Positions 37,084 to 47,421 of a stretch of 64,000 bases of DNA are shown piece by piece. The notes beneath the pieces are model-generated. The model searched no databases. It was given only the letters and a program-made list of their open reading frames with translations, and was not told the origin of the DNA. The stretch's first letter is position 1, and each line of letters begins with the position of its first letter. This DNA is from Thainema sp. Its GTDB lineage: Bacteria > Cyanobacteriota > Cyanobacteriia > Phormidesmidales > Phormidesmidaceae. Made by a program: the position numbers and the translations under genes. Where the stretch lies: NCBI GenBank assembly GCA_052168235.1, contig JBQLZK010000035.1, positions 11,696-75,695 on the forward strand, given 5' to 3'.

Positions 37084-39087
37084 ATGGAGATTCCCCGCCT
37101 ACACCCCGATACCGTTGAACTCGTCAAGCAGCGCACCGACATTGTTGATGTGGTGTCGGAGCATGTCGTGCTGAAAAAGCGCGGCAAGGATTTCTTAGGT
37201 CTTTGTCCGTTCCACGAAGACCGCAATCCCAGCTTCACCGTCAGCCCCACCAAGCAGTTTTACTACTGCTTTAGCTGCGGAGCTGGCGGCAACGCCATCA
37301 AGTTCCTGATGGAGCTGAATAAGCAGTCATTTAGCGATGTGGTGCTGGATTTAGCCAAGCGCTACCAGGTGCCCGTGCAGACAATGGAGCCGGAGCAGCG
37401 TCAGGAACTCCAGCGCCAGCTTTCACTGCGGGAACAGCTCTACGAGATTTTAGGATTAACGGCCAAGTTCTATGAACATGCGCTGCGGCAGCCCGATGGT
37501 AAAGCGGCGCTAGCTTATCTAGAACAGGAACGTTATTTAAACGAAGCCACAATTCAGGGATTTCAGTTTGGCTATGCACCGGGTGGCTGGCAGACGCTCT
37601 ATGGTTATCTGGTCGAACAAAAACACTATCCGGTCGAGCTGGTCGAAAAAGCAGGGCTGATCATCCCGCGCAAAAATGGTGATGGCTATTATGACCGCTT
37701 CCGCGATCGCATTATGATTCCGATTCGCGATCTGCAAAGCCGGGTGATTGGCTTTGGCGGACGGACGCTGAGCGGCGATGATCCGAAATACCTCAACTCC
37801 CCGGAAACGGAACTGTTTGATAAAGGTAAAACCTTATTTGGATTAGATAAGGCCCGAACTGCGATCGCAAAAGCTGACTGCGCCATTGTGGTGGAAGGCT
37901 ACTTTGATGTGATTGCCCTGCACGCCAACGGCATTGAAAATGTGGTGGCCGCCCTGGGCACGGCGTTGAGCAAGGTGCAGGTCAAGCAGCTGCTACGCTA
38001 CACCGAATCCAAGCAGGTTATCCTCAACTTTGATGCCGACGCTGCTGGCAATAAAGCGGCGGAGCGAGCGATTGGCGAAGTCGCCGATCTGGCTCATCAA
38101 GGCCAGGTGCAGCTGCGGATTCTCAATATCCCCGATGGCAAAGATCCAGACGAGTATCTGCAGAACTATTCAGCCGGGGAATATAAAGCGCTGGTGCGGG
38201 AAGCTCCCCTCTGGCTAGATTGGCAGATTCAGCGCATTCTGGTCGATAAAGATTTGAAGCAGGCTGATCACTTCCACTCAGCCACCCGTGAGGTGACGGC
38301 ATTTTTGGCCGACATTGCCAGCGCTGATTTGCGGACACACTACATTCGCCAATGTGCCGAACGGTTCAGCCAGGGCGATAGTCGGCTCGTGCCGCTGCTG
38401 GCCGATAATCTTTTGGCGCAGGTCCGGCGCAAGCGCCGCCGCGCTCCCGATGGCGCAGAAGACAAAACGCCACCTGCCATTTCCATCAGTCTGCTCGAAC
38501 AGGCCGAAGCGGCCCTGCTCCAGCTCTATATTCATGCAGCTGATTCTCGCGCAGATGTCGCCCAAGCGCTGGAAGAGCGAGACTTGCAGTTTAACTTTTC
38601 CCATCATCGGTTCTTGTGGAGGCAAATTTTAGAACTCCAGGATGAACTGGAGCAGGACAGTAACCCCCATCGGGCCGGAGCCGATCTAGTCATGCTCTTG
38701 CGCGATCGCTGTGCAGAATTGCCCGATCAGCTCAATCAGGTGCAGCATTTGTTCTATCTGCACGAAAAAAGCAAGCGCGACATCCTACGCGGTTCCCTCG
38801 TGATCCGCGCCGCCGTGGCCTGTTTAGAGCGAACACTTTGTGAAAAGCGCTGCCGCTACTTTCTCCAGCTTTGGTCAGAAACCGACTGCGACACCGCCTT
38901 AGAGCTGTGCCAGTACTATCAGCAGCAAATCTACGCTGAGAAAAAGCGCATCGAAGAACTCGATCAGCAACGCTACGTCAGCTTTGAAGACATCGCTCAA
39001 CTACCCTGGATCGGCGATTTTTACAGCGGTCTGGAATCAGGTGGAGAAGCTGAAGTTGTTATACCAACCGGAGCTGAGCCACTATAA
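37084..39087 (+). CDS. dnaG: DNA primase
   Basis: CPFH..CFSC Zn finger, FRDRIMIPI, KYLNSPET, VEGYFDV and DPD motifs. Confidence 0.98.
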   Translation: MEIPRLHPDTVELVKQRTDIVDVVSEHVVLKKRGKDFLGLCPFHEDRNPSFTVSPTKQFYYCFSCGAGGNAIKFLMELNKQSFSDVVLDLAKRYQVPVQTMEPEQRQELQRQLSLREQLYEILGLTAKFYEHALRQPDGKAALAYLEQERYLNEATIQGFQFGYAPGGWQTLYGYLVEQKHYPVELVEKAGLIIPRKNGDGYYDRFRDRIMIPIRDLQSRVIGFGGRTLSGDDPKYLNSPETELFDKGKTLFGLDKARTAIAKADCAIVVEGYFDVIALHANGIENVVAALGTALSKVQVKQLLRYTESKQVILNFDADAAGNKAAERAIGEVADLAHQGQVQLRILNIPDGKDPDEYLQNYSAGEYKALVREAPLWLDWQIQRILVDKDLKQADHFHSATREVTAFLADIASADLRTHYIRQCAERFSQGDSRLVPLLADNLLAQVRRKRRRAPDGAEDKTPPAISISLLEQAEAALLQLYIHAADSRADVAQALEERDLQFNFSHHRFLWRQILELQDELEQDSNPHRAGADLVMLLRDRCAELPDQLNQVQHLFYLHEKSKRDILRGSLVIRAAVACLERTLCEKRCRYFLQLWSETDCDTALELCQYYQQQIYAEKKRIEELDQQRYVSFEDIAQLPWIGDFYSGLESGGEAEVVIPTGAEPL

Positions 39088-39382
39088 AAATTAGTCAGGA
39101 TAATAACGTAGATTGCAGATGCTCTCTCATCTCAATAACGAGTCAAGAACTATCGATATTGCGCAGTTACATCGAATACTACGGATCGCTCTATACCCCT
39201 GACTCTCTACTCGTCATTCCTTACCATCTGCTTCACAGAACGTAATAAAATCAACGCATTTCCGGTCATCTCACCCCTTAGACTTAACTAATGGATTAAG
39301 AAACGTATTGATAAACATCCGTGCTGCAACGCCGGATTGAATCCAAAGTCATCTAGCCAGCTTTCAATTTATCGATAAGACT

Positions 39383-40369
39383 ATGTTCCCCATTCAGCGT
39401 CCTCGTCGTCTCCGCAGCCACCCCCAACTCCGGCGCATGGTGCGTGAAACAATCGTCACCACCAATGATCTGATCTATCCTCTGTTTGCGGTTGCCGGAG
39501 AAGGCATCGCCCAAGAAGTGAAGTCGATGCCGGGTGTCTACCAGCTTTCCATCGACAAGATTGTTGAGGAAGCTAAGGAAGTCTACGATCTCGGTATTTC
39601 CGCCATCATTCTGTTTGGCATTCCCGCCGATAAAGATACAGAGGCCACGGGCGCATGGCACGACCACGGCATCGTTCAGGAAGCATCCCGTGCGGTTAAA
39701 GAGGCAGTGCCTGACCTGATCGTGATTGTGGACACCTGCCTGTGTGAGTACACCTCCCACGGTCACTGCGGCTACTTGGAAGTCGGTGATTTGACTGGAC
39801 GGGTACTGAACGATCCAACGCTGGAACTGCTGAAGAAAACCGCTGTTTCCCAAGCCAAAGCAGGCGCGGACATCATTGCGCCCTCCGGCATGATGGACGG
39901 CTTTGTGCAGGCGATTCGCTCCGGTTTAGACGAAGCTGGATTTACCCATATTCCCATCCTGTCTTACGCGGCCAAATACGCCTCGGCTTACTATGGCCCC
40001 TTTCGCGATGCGGCTGATTCGGCTCCTCAATTTGGCGATCGCAGAACTTATCAAATGGATCCCGGCAACGGCAGAGAAGCGATTAAAGAAATTGAACTCG
40101 ACGTGGCCGAAGGCGCAGACATGCTGATGGTCAAGCCTGCCCTGGCCTACATGGACATCATCTGGCGGGTGAAAGAAGCCTCGAATCTACCCGTTGCGGC
40201 CTACAACGTATCGGGCGAATACTCGATGGTGAAAGCCGCTGCTCTCAACGGTTGGGTTGATGAAGAGAAAGTTGTCATGGAAACGATGACCAGCTTCAAG
40301 CGCTCCGGTGCTGACTTGATTCTCACCTACCACGCCAAAGATGTCGCTCGCTGGCTAGCTGCCAAATAG
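39383..40369 (+). CDS. hemB: Porphobilinogen synthase
   Basis: [24 protein letters not shown] and MVKP motifs. Confidence 0.98.
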   Translation: MFPIQRPRRLRSHPQLRRMVRETIVTTNDLIYPLFAVAGEGIAQEVKSMPGVYQLSIDKIVEEAKEVYDLGISAIILFGIPADKDTEATGAWHDHGIVQEASRAVKEAVPDLIVIVDTCLCEYTSHGHCGYLEVGDLTGRVLNDPTLELLKKTAVSQAKAGADIIAPSGMMDGFVQAIRSGLDEAGFTHIPILSYAAKYASAYYGPFRDAADSAPQFGDRRTYQMDPGNGREAIKEIELDVAEGADMLMVKPALAYMDIIWRVKEASNLPVAAYNVSGEYSMVKAAALNGWVDEEKVVMETMTSFKRSGADLILTYHAKDVARWLAAK

Positions 40370-40450
40370 TTTTCCGTAGATTGCATTCGCGCAGCAATGC
40401 ACCACACTAGGAAGAGTTGCAATATCAATTAAGCTTGCGTCTACCAAGCT

Positions 40451-40539
40451 CCTAGAGAATGCGGATTTAATTAAGGTGAAATCTTTAAGGTAGGGATACG
40501 GCAATGCCGTGTCCCTACTAATTAATCCACAATCCTAAG
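40451..40539. mobile_element. Uninterrupted miniature element carrying a GTAG REP
   Basis: GCGGATTTAAT.AGGTGAAATCTTT..GTAGGGATACGGCAATGCCGTGTCCCTAC..TCCTAAG; the 'empty' version of 28794-29075. Confidence 0.7.
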
Positions 40540-40542
40540 AGC

Positions 40543-40582
40543 AAAAGAAGCCGGATGGTCTCCATTCCATCCGGCTTCTTTT
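40543..40582. terminator. Bidirectional terminator
   Basis: AAAAGAAGCCGGATGG...CCATCCGGCTTCTTTT between convergent genes. Confidence 0.75.
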
Positions 40583-40592
40583 GTTTAGAACC

Positions 40593-40859
40593 TTATGCAC
40601 CAATCAAATCATCCAGTTCATCTAGGGCCTCACAGGTTGGAGCAGTGCTAGCACTAGTTCGCGCTGATGGCATCGGTCGAGCACCCATCGCAGGCGCACC
40701 AGCAGAAAACTGAGGAGTGCGGGCGTACAGGTAATCATCGGAGTAGCGGCGAAAGACGGCTTCCACCGCAGCGCGAGCATTTTTGAGTCCCCATTCAGCG
40801 GCGATCTGCTCGGCTTTTTCGATTACATCTCGGCTGAGTCTTACTTTGTTGTCATGCAT
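40593..40859 (-). CDS. Small ParR-like adaptor candidate
   Basis: RHH-like N-terminus KVRLSRDVIEKAEQIA..., Ala/Pro linker, acidic C-terminal helix EALDELDDLIG; overlaps the upstream ATPase gene by 19 bp. Confidence 0.65.
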   Translation of the reverse strand: MHDNKVRLSRDVIEKAEQIAAEWGLKNARAAVEAVFRRYSDDYLYARTPQFSAGAPAMGARPMPSARTSASTAPTCEALDELDDLIGA

Positions 40860-41893
40860 AGCTGAGTATCTTGAGAAAGTAAAAATAAACCACGAACATT
40901 AGCAAACTGAGGATCGCCCATTACAGTAAACAGCTTGCGTCCCGCCAGTCGCTCTGTAATTAAGTGAGAGCCGCCACCTGTCACTAAGAAGCGGGTCACC
41001 CGCGCCATATAGGGCGTGTATTGGGCTTTCACAGTTTGAAAAATACCTTTGAACCACGGATCGAGATGCTCATCCAGCCAGTCTGACCAGGATAGACCCG
41101 TATCCGCATACACGTGATCAACTCGAAACCCGTCCATCACGATGCTGGGATCAGCACTGGTGCCTAGCGCCATCGTTAACCGCTTGTCAAAGCTGATCGA
41201 AGTCGCTAGCTCATAGGTGCCGCCACGATTCATCACGTTTTCATCAATCACGTCACCTTCCGCATCAATCAACCGCGTTAGCCAGGTGCCGCCGCCGATA
41301 TCGACCACAATCGTGTAGCCGCTATCGGGGATTTGGCCCTCTTTTCTGGCGTGATAGTAGGCACCCATACCTTCCCGCGCGACGGTAATGGTTTGGACAT
41401 CAACCTTGAATTGAATACCATTGCGGACGAATTCGTGCTTGCCTAAAAGCTGCTCTTGAATGGCTTTGCCATGCTTCGCGGGTTCAGGCGTTGAAAGGTA
41501 TAAGTCCAACGGAAATTCTGAAACAACACCATTGATTGGCTCCAAGCAGGCGTAGAGATGGAGACGGGCCAGTTCAACTTTGTTTTCAATCACCGTTTGC
41601 TGCTGACGACGATATTTGTAGGCTTGGGCACCAAAGTGATGACGGCTACCATCGGCTAGCTCAATCAGCGGCGAAGCGTCAGAACAGCGAACGGCATCGC
41701 GACCTTTGGGCAACTGATAGCGAACCGAACGAATCGCTTTGGGATGCCCGGTGCCGTCATAAAATTTGAGGTCATAATTGCCAGCGTCTAGGGCGAGGAT
41801 GCGAGTTGTTTCGGTAGAATTAGGCAAATTCTCTGAGGCAGAGGACGCACTTTTAGTTGTGGTAGTCTTTCTCTGTCGGGTTGCTGTTGTCAT
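40841..41893 (-). CDS. ParM/StbA-family actin-like ATPase
   Basis: Phosphate-1 ALDAGNYDLK, connect-1 REGMGA, phosphate-2 VVDIGGGT, adenosine VTGGGS, connect-2 PQFANVRG. Confidence 0.9.
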   Translation of the reverse strand: MTTATRQRKTTTTKSASSASENLPNSTETTRILALDAGNYDLKFYDGTGHPKAIRSVRYQLPKGRDAVRCSDASPLIELADGSRHHFGAQAYKYRRQQQTVIENKVELARLHLYACLEPINGVVSEFPLDLYLSTPEPAKHGKAIQEQLLGKHEFVRNGIQFKVDVQTITVAREGMGAYYHARKEGQIPDSGYTIVVDIGGGTWLTRLIDAEGDVIDENVMNRGGTYELATSISFDKRLTMALGTSADPSIVMDGFRVDHVYADTGLSWSDWLDEHLDPWFKGIFQTVKAQYTPYMARVTRFLVTGGGSHLITERLAGRKLFTVMGDPQFANVRGLFLLSQDTQLCMTTK

Positions 41894-41934
41894 TGGTTAT
41901 TCCCTGAATCCAATTGTGGAGGTTTGTCCCCAAT

Positions 41935-41974
41935 TAGTACACTTGAACTATATCGCATCTCACGGTTAGGTCAA
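41935..41974 (-). promoter_or_regulatory. Sigma70-type promoter overlapped by a LexA-like palindrome
   Basis: TTGACC-N16-TATAGT on the minus strand (41974-41947); TAGTAC-ACTT-GAACTA at 41935-41950. Confidence 0.55.
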
Positions 41975-42117
41975 GCCTTAACTAAAATTTTTTCGGCTAA
42001 AGCAATTTCCTATCCCTAGCTAGAGAGCTTGCGAGGCTAATTCCTGGTAGGCTTTCCTGAGATTCTGAAAACTGATAATTGGTTTGAAGTTTTGTTAACG
42101 AGTTGGGTGAGGATCAA

Positions 42118-42423
42118 ATGGATGCAGGCGCGATCGCAGCTATCGTTTACGGAGTATTAACCTTTGTCGGCGGCATCATTGGCTATGTCCAGGCCAAAAG
42201 TACACCGTCGCTGATTTCAGGCGTAATCAGCGGGATTTTGCTGATTGCAGGCGGTATTTTGTCTCTCAATGGTGTTGCCTGGGCTGAAACCGCTGCACTG
42301 GTTATTACCGTACTGTTAGTAATCGTTTTTGCTTGGCGATTGATCAAAACCAAGCGATTTTTTCCAGCAGGGTTAATGACAGCTGCGGGGATTGCGGCCA
42401 TTATCGTGATGCTGGCAGGCTAG
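42118..42423 (+). CDS. TMEM14/FAX-family small membrane protein
   Basis: YG.L..VGGIIGY..AKS.PSLISG and T.RFFPAGL motifs. Confidence 0.85.
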   Translation: MDAGAIAAIVYGVLTFVGGIIGYVQAKSTPSLISGVISGILLIAGGILSLNGVAWAETAALVITVLLVIVFAWRLIKTKRFFPAGLMTAAGIAAIIVMLAG

Positions 42424-42448
42424 AACGGTTCGTCTGATTACAGGTGGT

Positions 42449-42515
42449 ATAGGGGCGGGTTTTGGTGTTAGGTGATCGATTAAACCTGACAATGTATCGG
42501 CTAAACCCGCCCATA
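42449..42515. repeat. REP-like inverted pair
   Basis: ATAGGGGCGGGTTT ... AAACCCGCCCATA. Confidence 0.5.
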
Positions 42516-42555
42516 AAAGGGTGTATCAACAAATTCATGCAATCAAGGGCAGATT

Positions 42556-43371
42556 ATGGGATTAAAAATCACTCAGGTCGATGCGTTCACGAATCAGCCA
42601 TTTGCCGGCAATCCCGCCGCTGTCTGTGTTCAATCTGAACCGTTAGATGAATCGCTGATGCAAGCGATCGCACTTGAGATGAATTTGTCTGAAACCGCTT
42701 TTCTTTGGCCCTTGGCAGACGGGTTTAGTTTGCGCTGGTTTACGCCTGCCACCGAAGTGGATTTGTGTGGTCACGCTACCTTAGCCAGTGCCCACACGCT
42801 ATGGACAGAGGGTCATTTACCGACGGATCAAACGGCTCGGTTTCAGACCCGCAGTGGCTTATTGACAGCAACGCTCAAAAACGACTGGATAGAGCTAAAT
42901 TTTCCCGCCCAGCCAGCAGCGGAATACCGCGTTTTGCCCGAACTCATCAAAGCTCTAGGTGGCATCAGCGTGGTCTACGTTGGCAAAAACCGGAATGATT
43001 ATCTACTGGTTGAAGTTCGCTCCGAAACAGAAGTCAAAGCGCTACGGCCAGATTTTGGCTTGCTGAAAACGTTGCCTGTGCATGGCGTAATTGTCACCAG
43101 TCAGGCGGAAGCGGGCAAAGACTACGACTTTGTCTCCCGCTTTTTTGCCCCTGCGTATGGCATCAACGAAGATCCGGTAACGGGTTCGGCACACTGCTGT
43201 CTCGCCCCCTACTGGCAGGCTAAATTGGGTAAGAATGAAATGCTGGGCTATCAGGTTTCGAGCCGGGGTGGTCTCGTGAAAGTCAGATGTGATGCAGGTA
43301 GCAAAGATCGTGATCGCGTTTGCCTCAGCGGTCAAGCCGTCACCGTGATGAAAGCGGACTTAATGTGCTAG
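42556..43371 (+). CDS. PhzF family isomerase/epimerase
   Basis: VDAFT..PFAGNPA, NLSETAF, EVDLCGHATLA and EDPVTGSAHC motifs. Confidence 0.95.
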   Translation: MGLKITQVDAFTNQPFAGNPAAVCVQSEPLDESLMQAIALEMNLSETAFLWPLADGFSLRWFTPATEVDLCGHATLASAHTLWTEGHLPTDQTARFQTRSGLLTATLKNDWIELNFPAQPAAEYRVLPELIKALGGISVVYVGKNRNDYLLVEVRSETEVKALRPDFGLLKTLPVHGVIVTSQAEAGKDYDFVSRFFAPAYGINEDPVTGSAHCCLAPYWQAKLGKNEMLGYQVSSRGGLVKVRCDAGSKDRDRVCLSGQAVTVMKADLMC

Positions 43372-43380
43372 AAGGCTATC

Positions 43381-43478
43381 TAGTGCTGTGTCAAATCAGT
43401 TTTGATGGTTGATATGTCGCGTTTTGCGCGACATATCAACCATCAAAAAACTACCCAAACAACGTTGACAAACCACTA
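43381..43478. mobile_element. MITE-like element with internal perfect 22-bp hairpin
   Basis: TIRs TAGTGCTGTGTCAA / TTGACAAACCACTA (12/14 match); hairpin at 43400-43448. Confidence 0.7.
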
Positions 43479-43501
43479 ATGCCGTACAGAATCTAATATC
43501 C

Positions 43502-43834
43502 ATGAGAGCAAGACTTGAGAATGAGGTCATTTATCTACATCAAGACGATGTGCCTCAGTACAAGAAGAAGGGCTCAGTCGTTCGCAACACGTTTTTCTGG
43601 GCGCTACAGTCCATTGCCGGACGCGCCAGATTCGATGAAGATTGGGAGTTTGAATCAGAAGTTTGGATTGCGCTCGGCCGCATGTTAATGCACTTCACGG
43701 AGTCAGGATATCTCGGTTATTCAGAAACCACCTTGGAATTTCCCTACGAGACAGAAATTCCCAGCGTTTTACGAGATGTTGCAACCTGGACAGCATCGGA
43801 GGATCAGCTCGAAGACGAGCTAGAAGGAACTTGA
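43502..43834 (+). CDS. Hypothetical protein
   Basis: 110-aa ATG ORF with protein-like composition. Confidence 0.7.
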   Translation: MRARLENEVIYLHQDDVPQYKKKGSVVRNTFFWALQSIAGRARFDEDWEFESEVWIALGRMLMHFTESGYLGYSETTLEFPYETEIPSVLRDVATWTASEDQLEDELEGT

Positions 43835-44916
43835 CCCGATCCCGAGATTTACCAATTACTCAAGCTTGATTAGCCGCAACGTCACAAAACTGCCATAGCT
43901 AATTCGCTAGTGATGTACTAACGATTTGCGATCGCAACATCATCTTTAAGCGGGAGCAAGCATTTTTTGACCGACTAATGTATTCGCAAATAGTTTGCCA
44001 AAAAATAAAATCAGTAAGTTATAACCCTTACATCAACGCGATTTGAGTTATTTTCTTGTCAGATAAATTGGCGGGAGCTACATCGCTTTTTTGCCCTTGG
44101 GACAACCCTTTTGATAGATGCGAATTCATTCATTAAGTCTAATGTTGAACTAGTTCAAAAACGAACTCGCAATAGACTGATTCGCCTATGCAAGCAATAT
44201 ATTTTCAGCATTTATTCGCTTTAGACGTGATTAATGGCCCAATTAGGCTTTTTCTAAGGCTTTAGTACCGAAGTCTTATGCAATTTGTAAAGGCTTTATA
44301 AGAGTTGAAGATGGCTTCATCAAAGTAGCTCTTATAAATCTTTTAGGGTTATGACATATGAAAATGGGACGGAATTACCGACGTAAAAACCAACACCTAT
44401 GGTGCGACAGTACTGGGATATTCACTTAATCTTTAAATATGAGACGAAGAATATTGAAGTCATCAAGTCAGTTCATTGTTTAGAGAAGGGTGAATAGAGT
44501 TCTGGTCTGCATTTGAATGCAGTCTGCGCTATTTGTGACTTCAACATCAATATTCTGGTTCCCAATGAACCGAGAGGTTATTCAAATTTTGAAAAAGGTT
44601 GGTTGGTTTATTTGATTCTCTTAAAGATGCTGCTTTTTTCTAGTCAGCGTTAATACTGAAACATTAGGCTTTTGCTAGCGGTTGCGTCGAACCATGCATT
44701 TTCGCATCGATAAGCCCACTGTAAGAGTGCTGAAAGAGTGCTAACAAGAATGTTGAGCCACGAAGCCAGTATTTAGCCGCAGTTAGCTGATTAATAATTT
44801 CTTCACAGTCAATCCACTTAGACGCTCGGTTTTGCTGTGTTATTAGCCATCAGCTTAGCCATCAAAAACTATCTATTTTATTTTTGCTATTGATTAAAGA
44901 CTATGGTGCGTTAGAT

Positions 44917-45681
44917 ATGGTCAACTATCTTAAGAAACATTCTACTTCTGGCGTTTCTAGCATTCTGGGGACTTTATCTATTGCAGCCTCTATTGCGGCG
45001 AGTCTAACGGGATTAGGTGGCTCATTTGCAGCAGAGGCCATCCCGCTCACGTCAGTGTCAGGTACCTGGTCAGATCCGCAAGACGGCACCGATATTCTCT
45101 ACGTCGAGCAAGATGGGGCTAGCCAAATTTTCTGGGGAGAAGCCAGGTTTGAACAACTAGGCCAAAGTGGGCTCAGTTTTCTCGGCAATCAAAACATTGA
45201 AATTGAAACGGAGGAGGCATTTCGGGTGGGTCAGCTGACCCACTTCAATATGCCCGTTATCACCGGCACAGCCGTTAGTGCTGTTGATCTAACGATTAGC
45301 CTAATCCTGGGCGACATTAGTCAATCCAACGCGTTTGAATTCGTTTTTAGCATCGAAGAAACACCCAATGGGACAGTTGAAGAGTGTCCCTATATTGGCA
45401 TTCCACCCTGCCCGGATCGGATTTCTTGGACAAGCCTAACGTCTTCAGACACCATTACGATCGATGGTCAAGCCTATATTCTTGAGCTTTTGGGATTTCA
45501 AGATCCAGTCACGGGTGCTTACGAAGACGGTTTCATCTCTCAAGAAGGCAGCAGTAATCAATCCCTGTTATACGGCCAACTCGTTTTAGCGCCGCCGAGC
45601 CGATCTGTGCCTGAACCAGGTATATGGATGGGGCTTGCTTCTGTGGCTGCATATGGTGTTTACCGTTGGCGTCGCTCGTGA
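44917..45681 (+). CDS. PEP-CTERM surface protein (THxN / choice-of-anchor-K-like)
   Basis: Signal peptide, LTHFN motif, C-terminal VPEPG + TM + RWRRS; ATG at 44917 preferred. Confidence 0.85.
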   Translation: MVNYLKKHSTSGVSSILGTLSIAASIAASLTGLGGSFAAEAIPLTSVSGTWSDPQDGTDILYVEQDGASQIFWGEARFEQLGQSGLSFLGNQNIEIETEEAFRVGQLTHFNMPVITGTAVSAVDLTISLILGDISQSNAFEFVFSIEETPNGTVEECPYIGIPPCPDRISWTSLTSSDTITIDGQAYILELLGFQDPVTGAYEDGFISQEGSSNQSLLYGQLVLAPPSRSVPEPGIWMGLASVAAYGVYRWRRS

Positions 45682-45717
45682 AGACGCAATCGTGAAGACG
45701 CAATCGTGAAGATGCAG
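45676..45717. repeat. 14-bp direct repeat, three copies
   Basis: TCGTGAAGACGCAA x2 plus TCGTGAAGATGCAG, starting at the stop codon. Confidence 0.8.
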
Positions 45718-45735
45718 TCGATGTTTCACTTCGCC

Positions 45736-46206
45736 TTAACTCAGCTTGGCGCTGCATTCTAGAATCATGCGCTGATTTTCTAAGTTGTAAGGCTGTACTT
45801 CAAGCGCCTGGTGAAAGGCATCAATCGCGAGCTTGTATTCGCCCAGTGCGGCATAACACAGCCCCAGACCGTGTAGTGCCCCAAAATGGATGGGCACCAG
45901 ATCAATAACTTTTAGGCAATCTGCGATCGCAACCCGATAGCGACGCTGAATGTAATAGAGCACGGCTCGCCGATTCCAGGCTTCAGCAAAATCGGGCTGG
46001 TCGCGCACCACTTCCGTCAACACCTGCTCGGCTTCCGTGAGTCGCCTGGCCTCCATCAGCATTTGGGCCCGCATCAGCTGCTGGTAGCCATACATTCCCT
46101 TCTGCTGAAACCACAGTTCCCACAGCTGTTCTGTAGCGCGATCGCGAACCTCTGAGTCGGCACTCTTAAGCTGTTCAAGTAAAAGCTGCGTTTGTGGATC
46201 ATTCAT
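45736..46206 (-). CDS. TPR protein
   Basis: PDFAEAWNRRA and HFGALHGLG motifs. Confidence 0.88.
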   Translation of the reverse strand: MNDPQTQLLLEQLKSADSEVRDRATEQLWELWFQQKGMYGYQQLMRAQMLMEARRLTEAEQVLTEVVRDQPDFAEAWNRRAVLYYIQRRYRVAIADCLKVIDLVPIHFGALHGLGLCYAALGEYKLAIDAFHQALEVQPYNLENQRMILECSAKLS

Positions 46207-46391
46207 GAGATGAGTAAATGGTGAGATAGGTCTAGTGGGTTCTGTTAATCTGAGATCGCGTCGTCGAAGCTAAGAATGCTCCCCAAAATAGCAGGCTCAG
46301 ACATTAGTAGTTGGTGAGAATATCCAGGTTGTCCAGGAATATATCCAGGTAATGAATTTTGAGAATTACTTACCAGTTTAGCGGTGAGGGC

Positions 46392-47174
46392 TTAGCTGTT
46401 CATGAACCAGCCCAGCACCAAAACAACTAGAGTCAGGATCAAGAACCAAAGAAGCGATTGAAACGAAAACTGAATACCGGCCCCTTTAGGTGTTTCGGGC
46501 AGGATGTTTTGCAGCAAATTTTGGACAAATCGAGCAACCGGAACCCGCTGTGTCCAATGAACGCGTTCAATGATAAACGTACAGTTAACCAAATAGCGGT
46601 AGCTCGGTTCAGGATAGCGGGCAGATTGGGGTTGATGCAGCAAGAGCTGGAGAGAAAAGGTAAGCTGTTCGTAGCGGGAGAGATTTTTTGCGATCGCAAG
46701 ATTGACCAGTGGCACTTTGTTGATCAGCGCATTGCTGCTAGCCTGCGGATCGCGCTGAAACGTATTTTCCGCCGTGATCATTTCCTGTAGCGTCTGCTTG
46801 GGATGCACAATGCTCGGCACCTGCGATTGAGACAAATCAATCGGCATACCCGCTGGCAGCCGCACAACCCGTTTAGTTTGCCGCTTCAAATCAGTGACAG
46901 CACAATAGTCCCAATCGATATAGAGCGGGACAGTGTGCGACAAGTTTCGCATTGCAATGGCCAGCGCATTTAGCGGCTCAAACCCATAAAACGGGCGAAA
47001 CTTAAAGTCAATCGCAATTAAATCAATTAAATCATTCCGCTCCAGTTCAGCCTGTAGAGCCTTACGATCTAAGCGAATAGTGACCTGATCCTTGAGCGAA
47101 TCGATGGCACGGAAAAAAACCAGCACAATGCAGGTTAAATAGACCATCAAAATAATGAAATCGCGATCGCTCAT
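46392..47174 (-). CDS. Hypothetical membrane-anchored protein
   Basis: N- and C-terminal TM segments; start uncertain. Confidence 0.7.
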   Translation of the reverse strand: MSDRDFIILMVYLTCIVLVFFRAIDSLKDQVTIRLDRKALQAELERNDLIDLIAIDFKFRPFYGFEPLNALAIAMRNLSHTVPLYIDWDYCAVTDLKRQTKRVVRLPAGMPIDLSQSQVPSIVHPKQTLQEMITAENTFQRDPQASSNALINKVPLVNLAIAKNLSRYEQLTFSLQLLLHQPQSARYPEPSYRYLVNCTFIIERVHWTQRVPVARFVQNLLQNILPETPKGAGIQFSFQSLLWFLILTLVVLVLGWFMNS

Positions 47175-47421
47175 ACTCGGCACATCGCTGGCATCAACTG
47201 GGAACTGACAACGCCTTTGTCGTAACACATCACAGGTTCATTCATTGAGACCTGTAGCGAAATCGTAACTGTAATTCCCAAGCTCACCTAAACTTAATTT
47301 CTACCTTAACCAATAGACCAATAAAATGAGGATGTAACAGACCTGGCTTACTTTGGTAAGATCGGCCTGGATATGCTTTCGGGTCAAGTTATCGAGCCGT
47401 CACTACACATCGCATTCAATT

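Noticed and set aside
40400..42100. Integrated plasmid or prophage around the ParM-like gene
   Set aside because: No integrase, rep or phage genes, no att-like repeats, and housekeeping-type genes on both sides.
45676..45717. Possible mini CRISPR array
   Set aside because: 14-bp contiguous repeats with no spacers and no cas genes; a simple tandem duplication.
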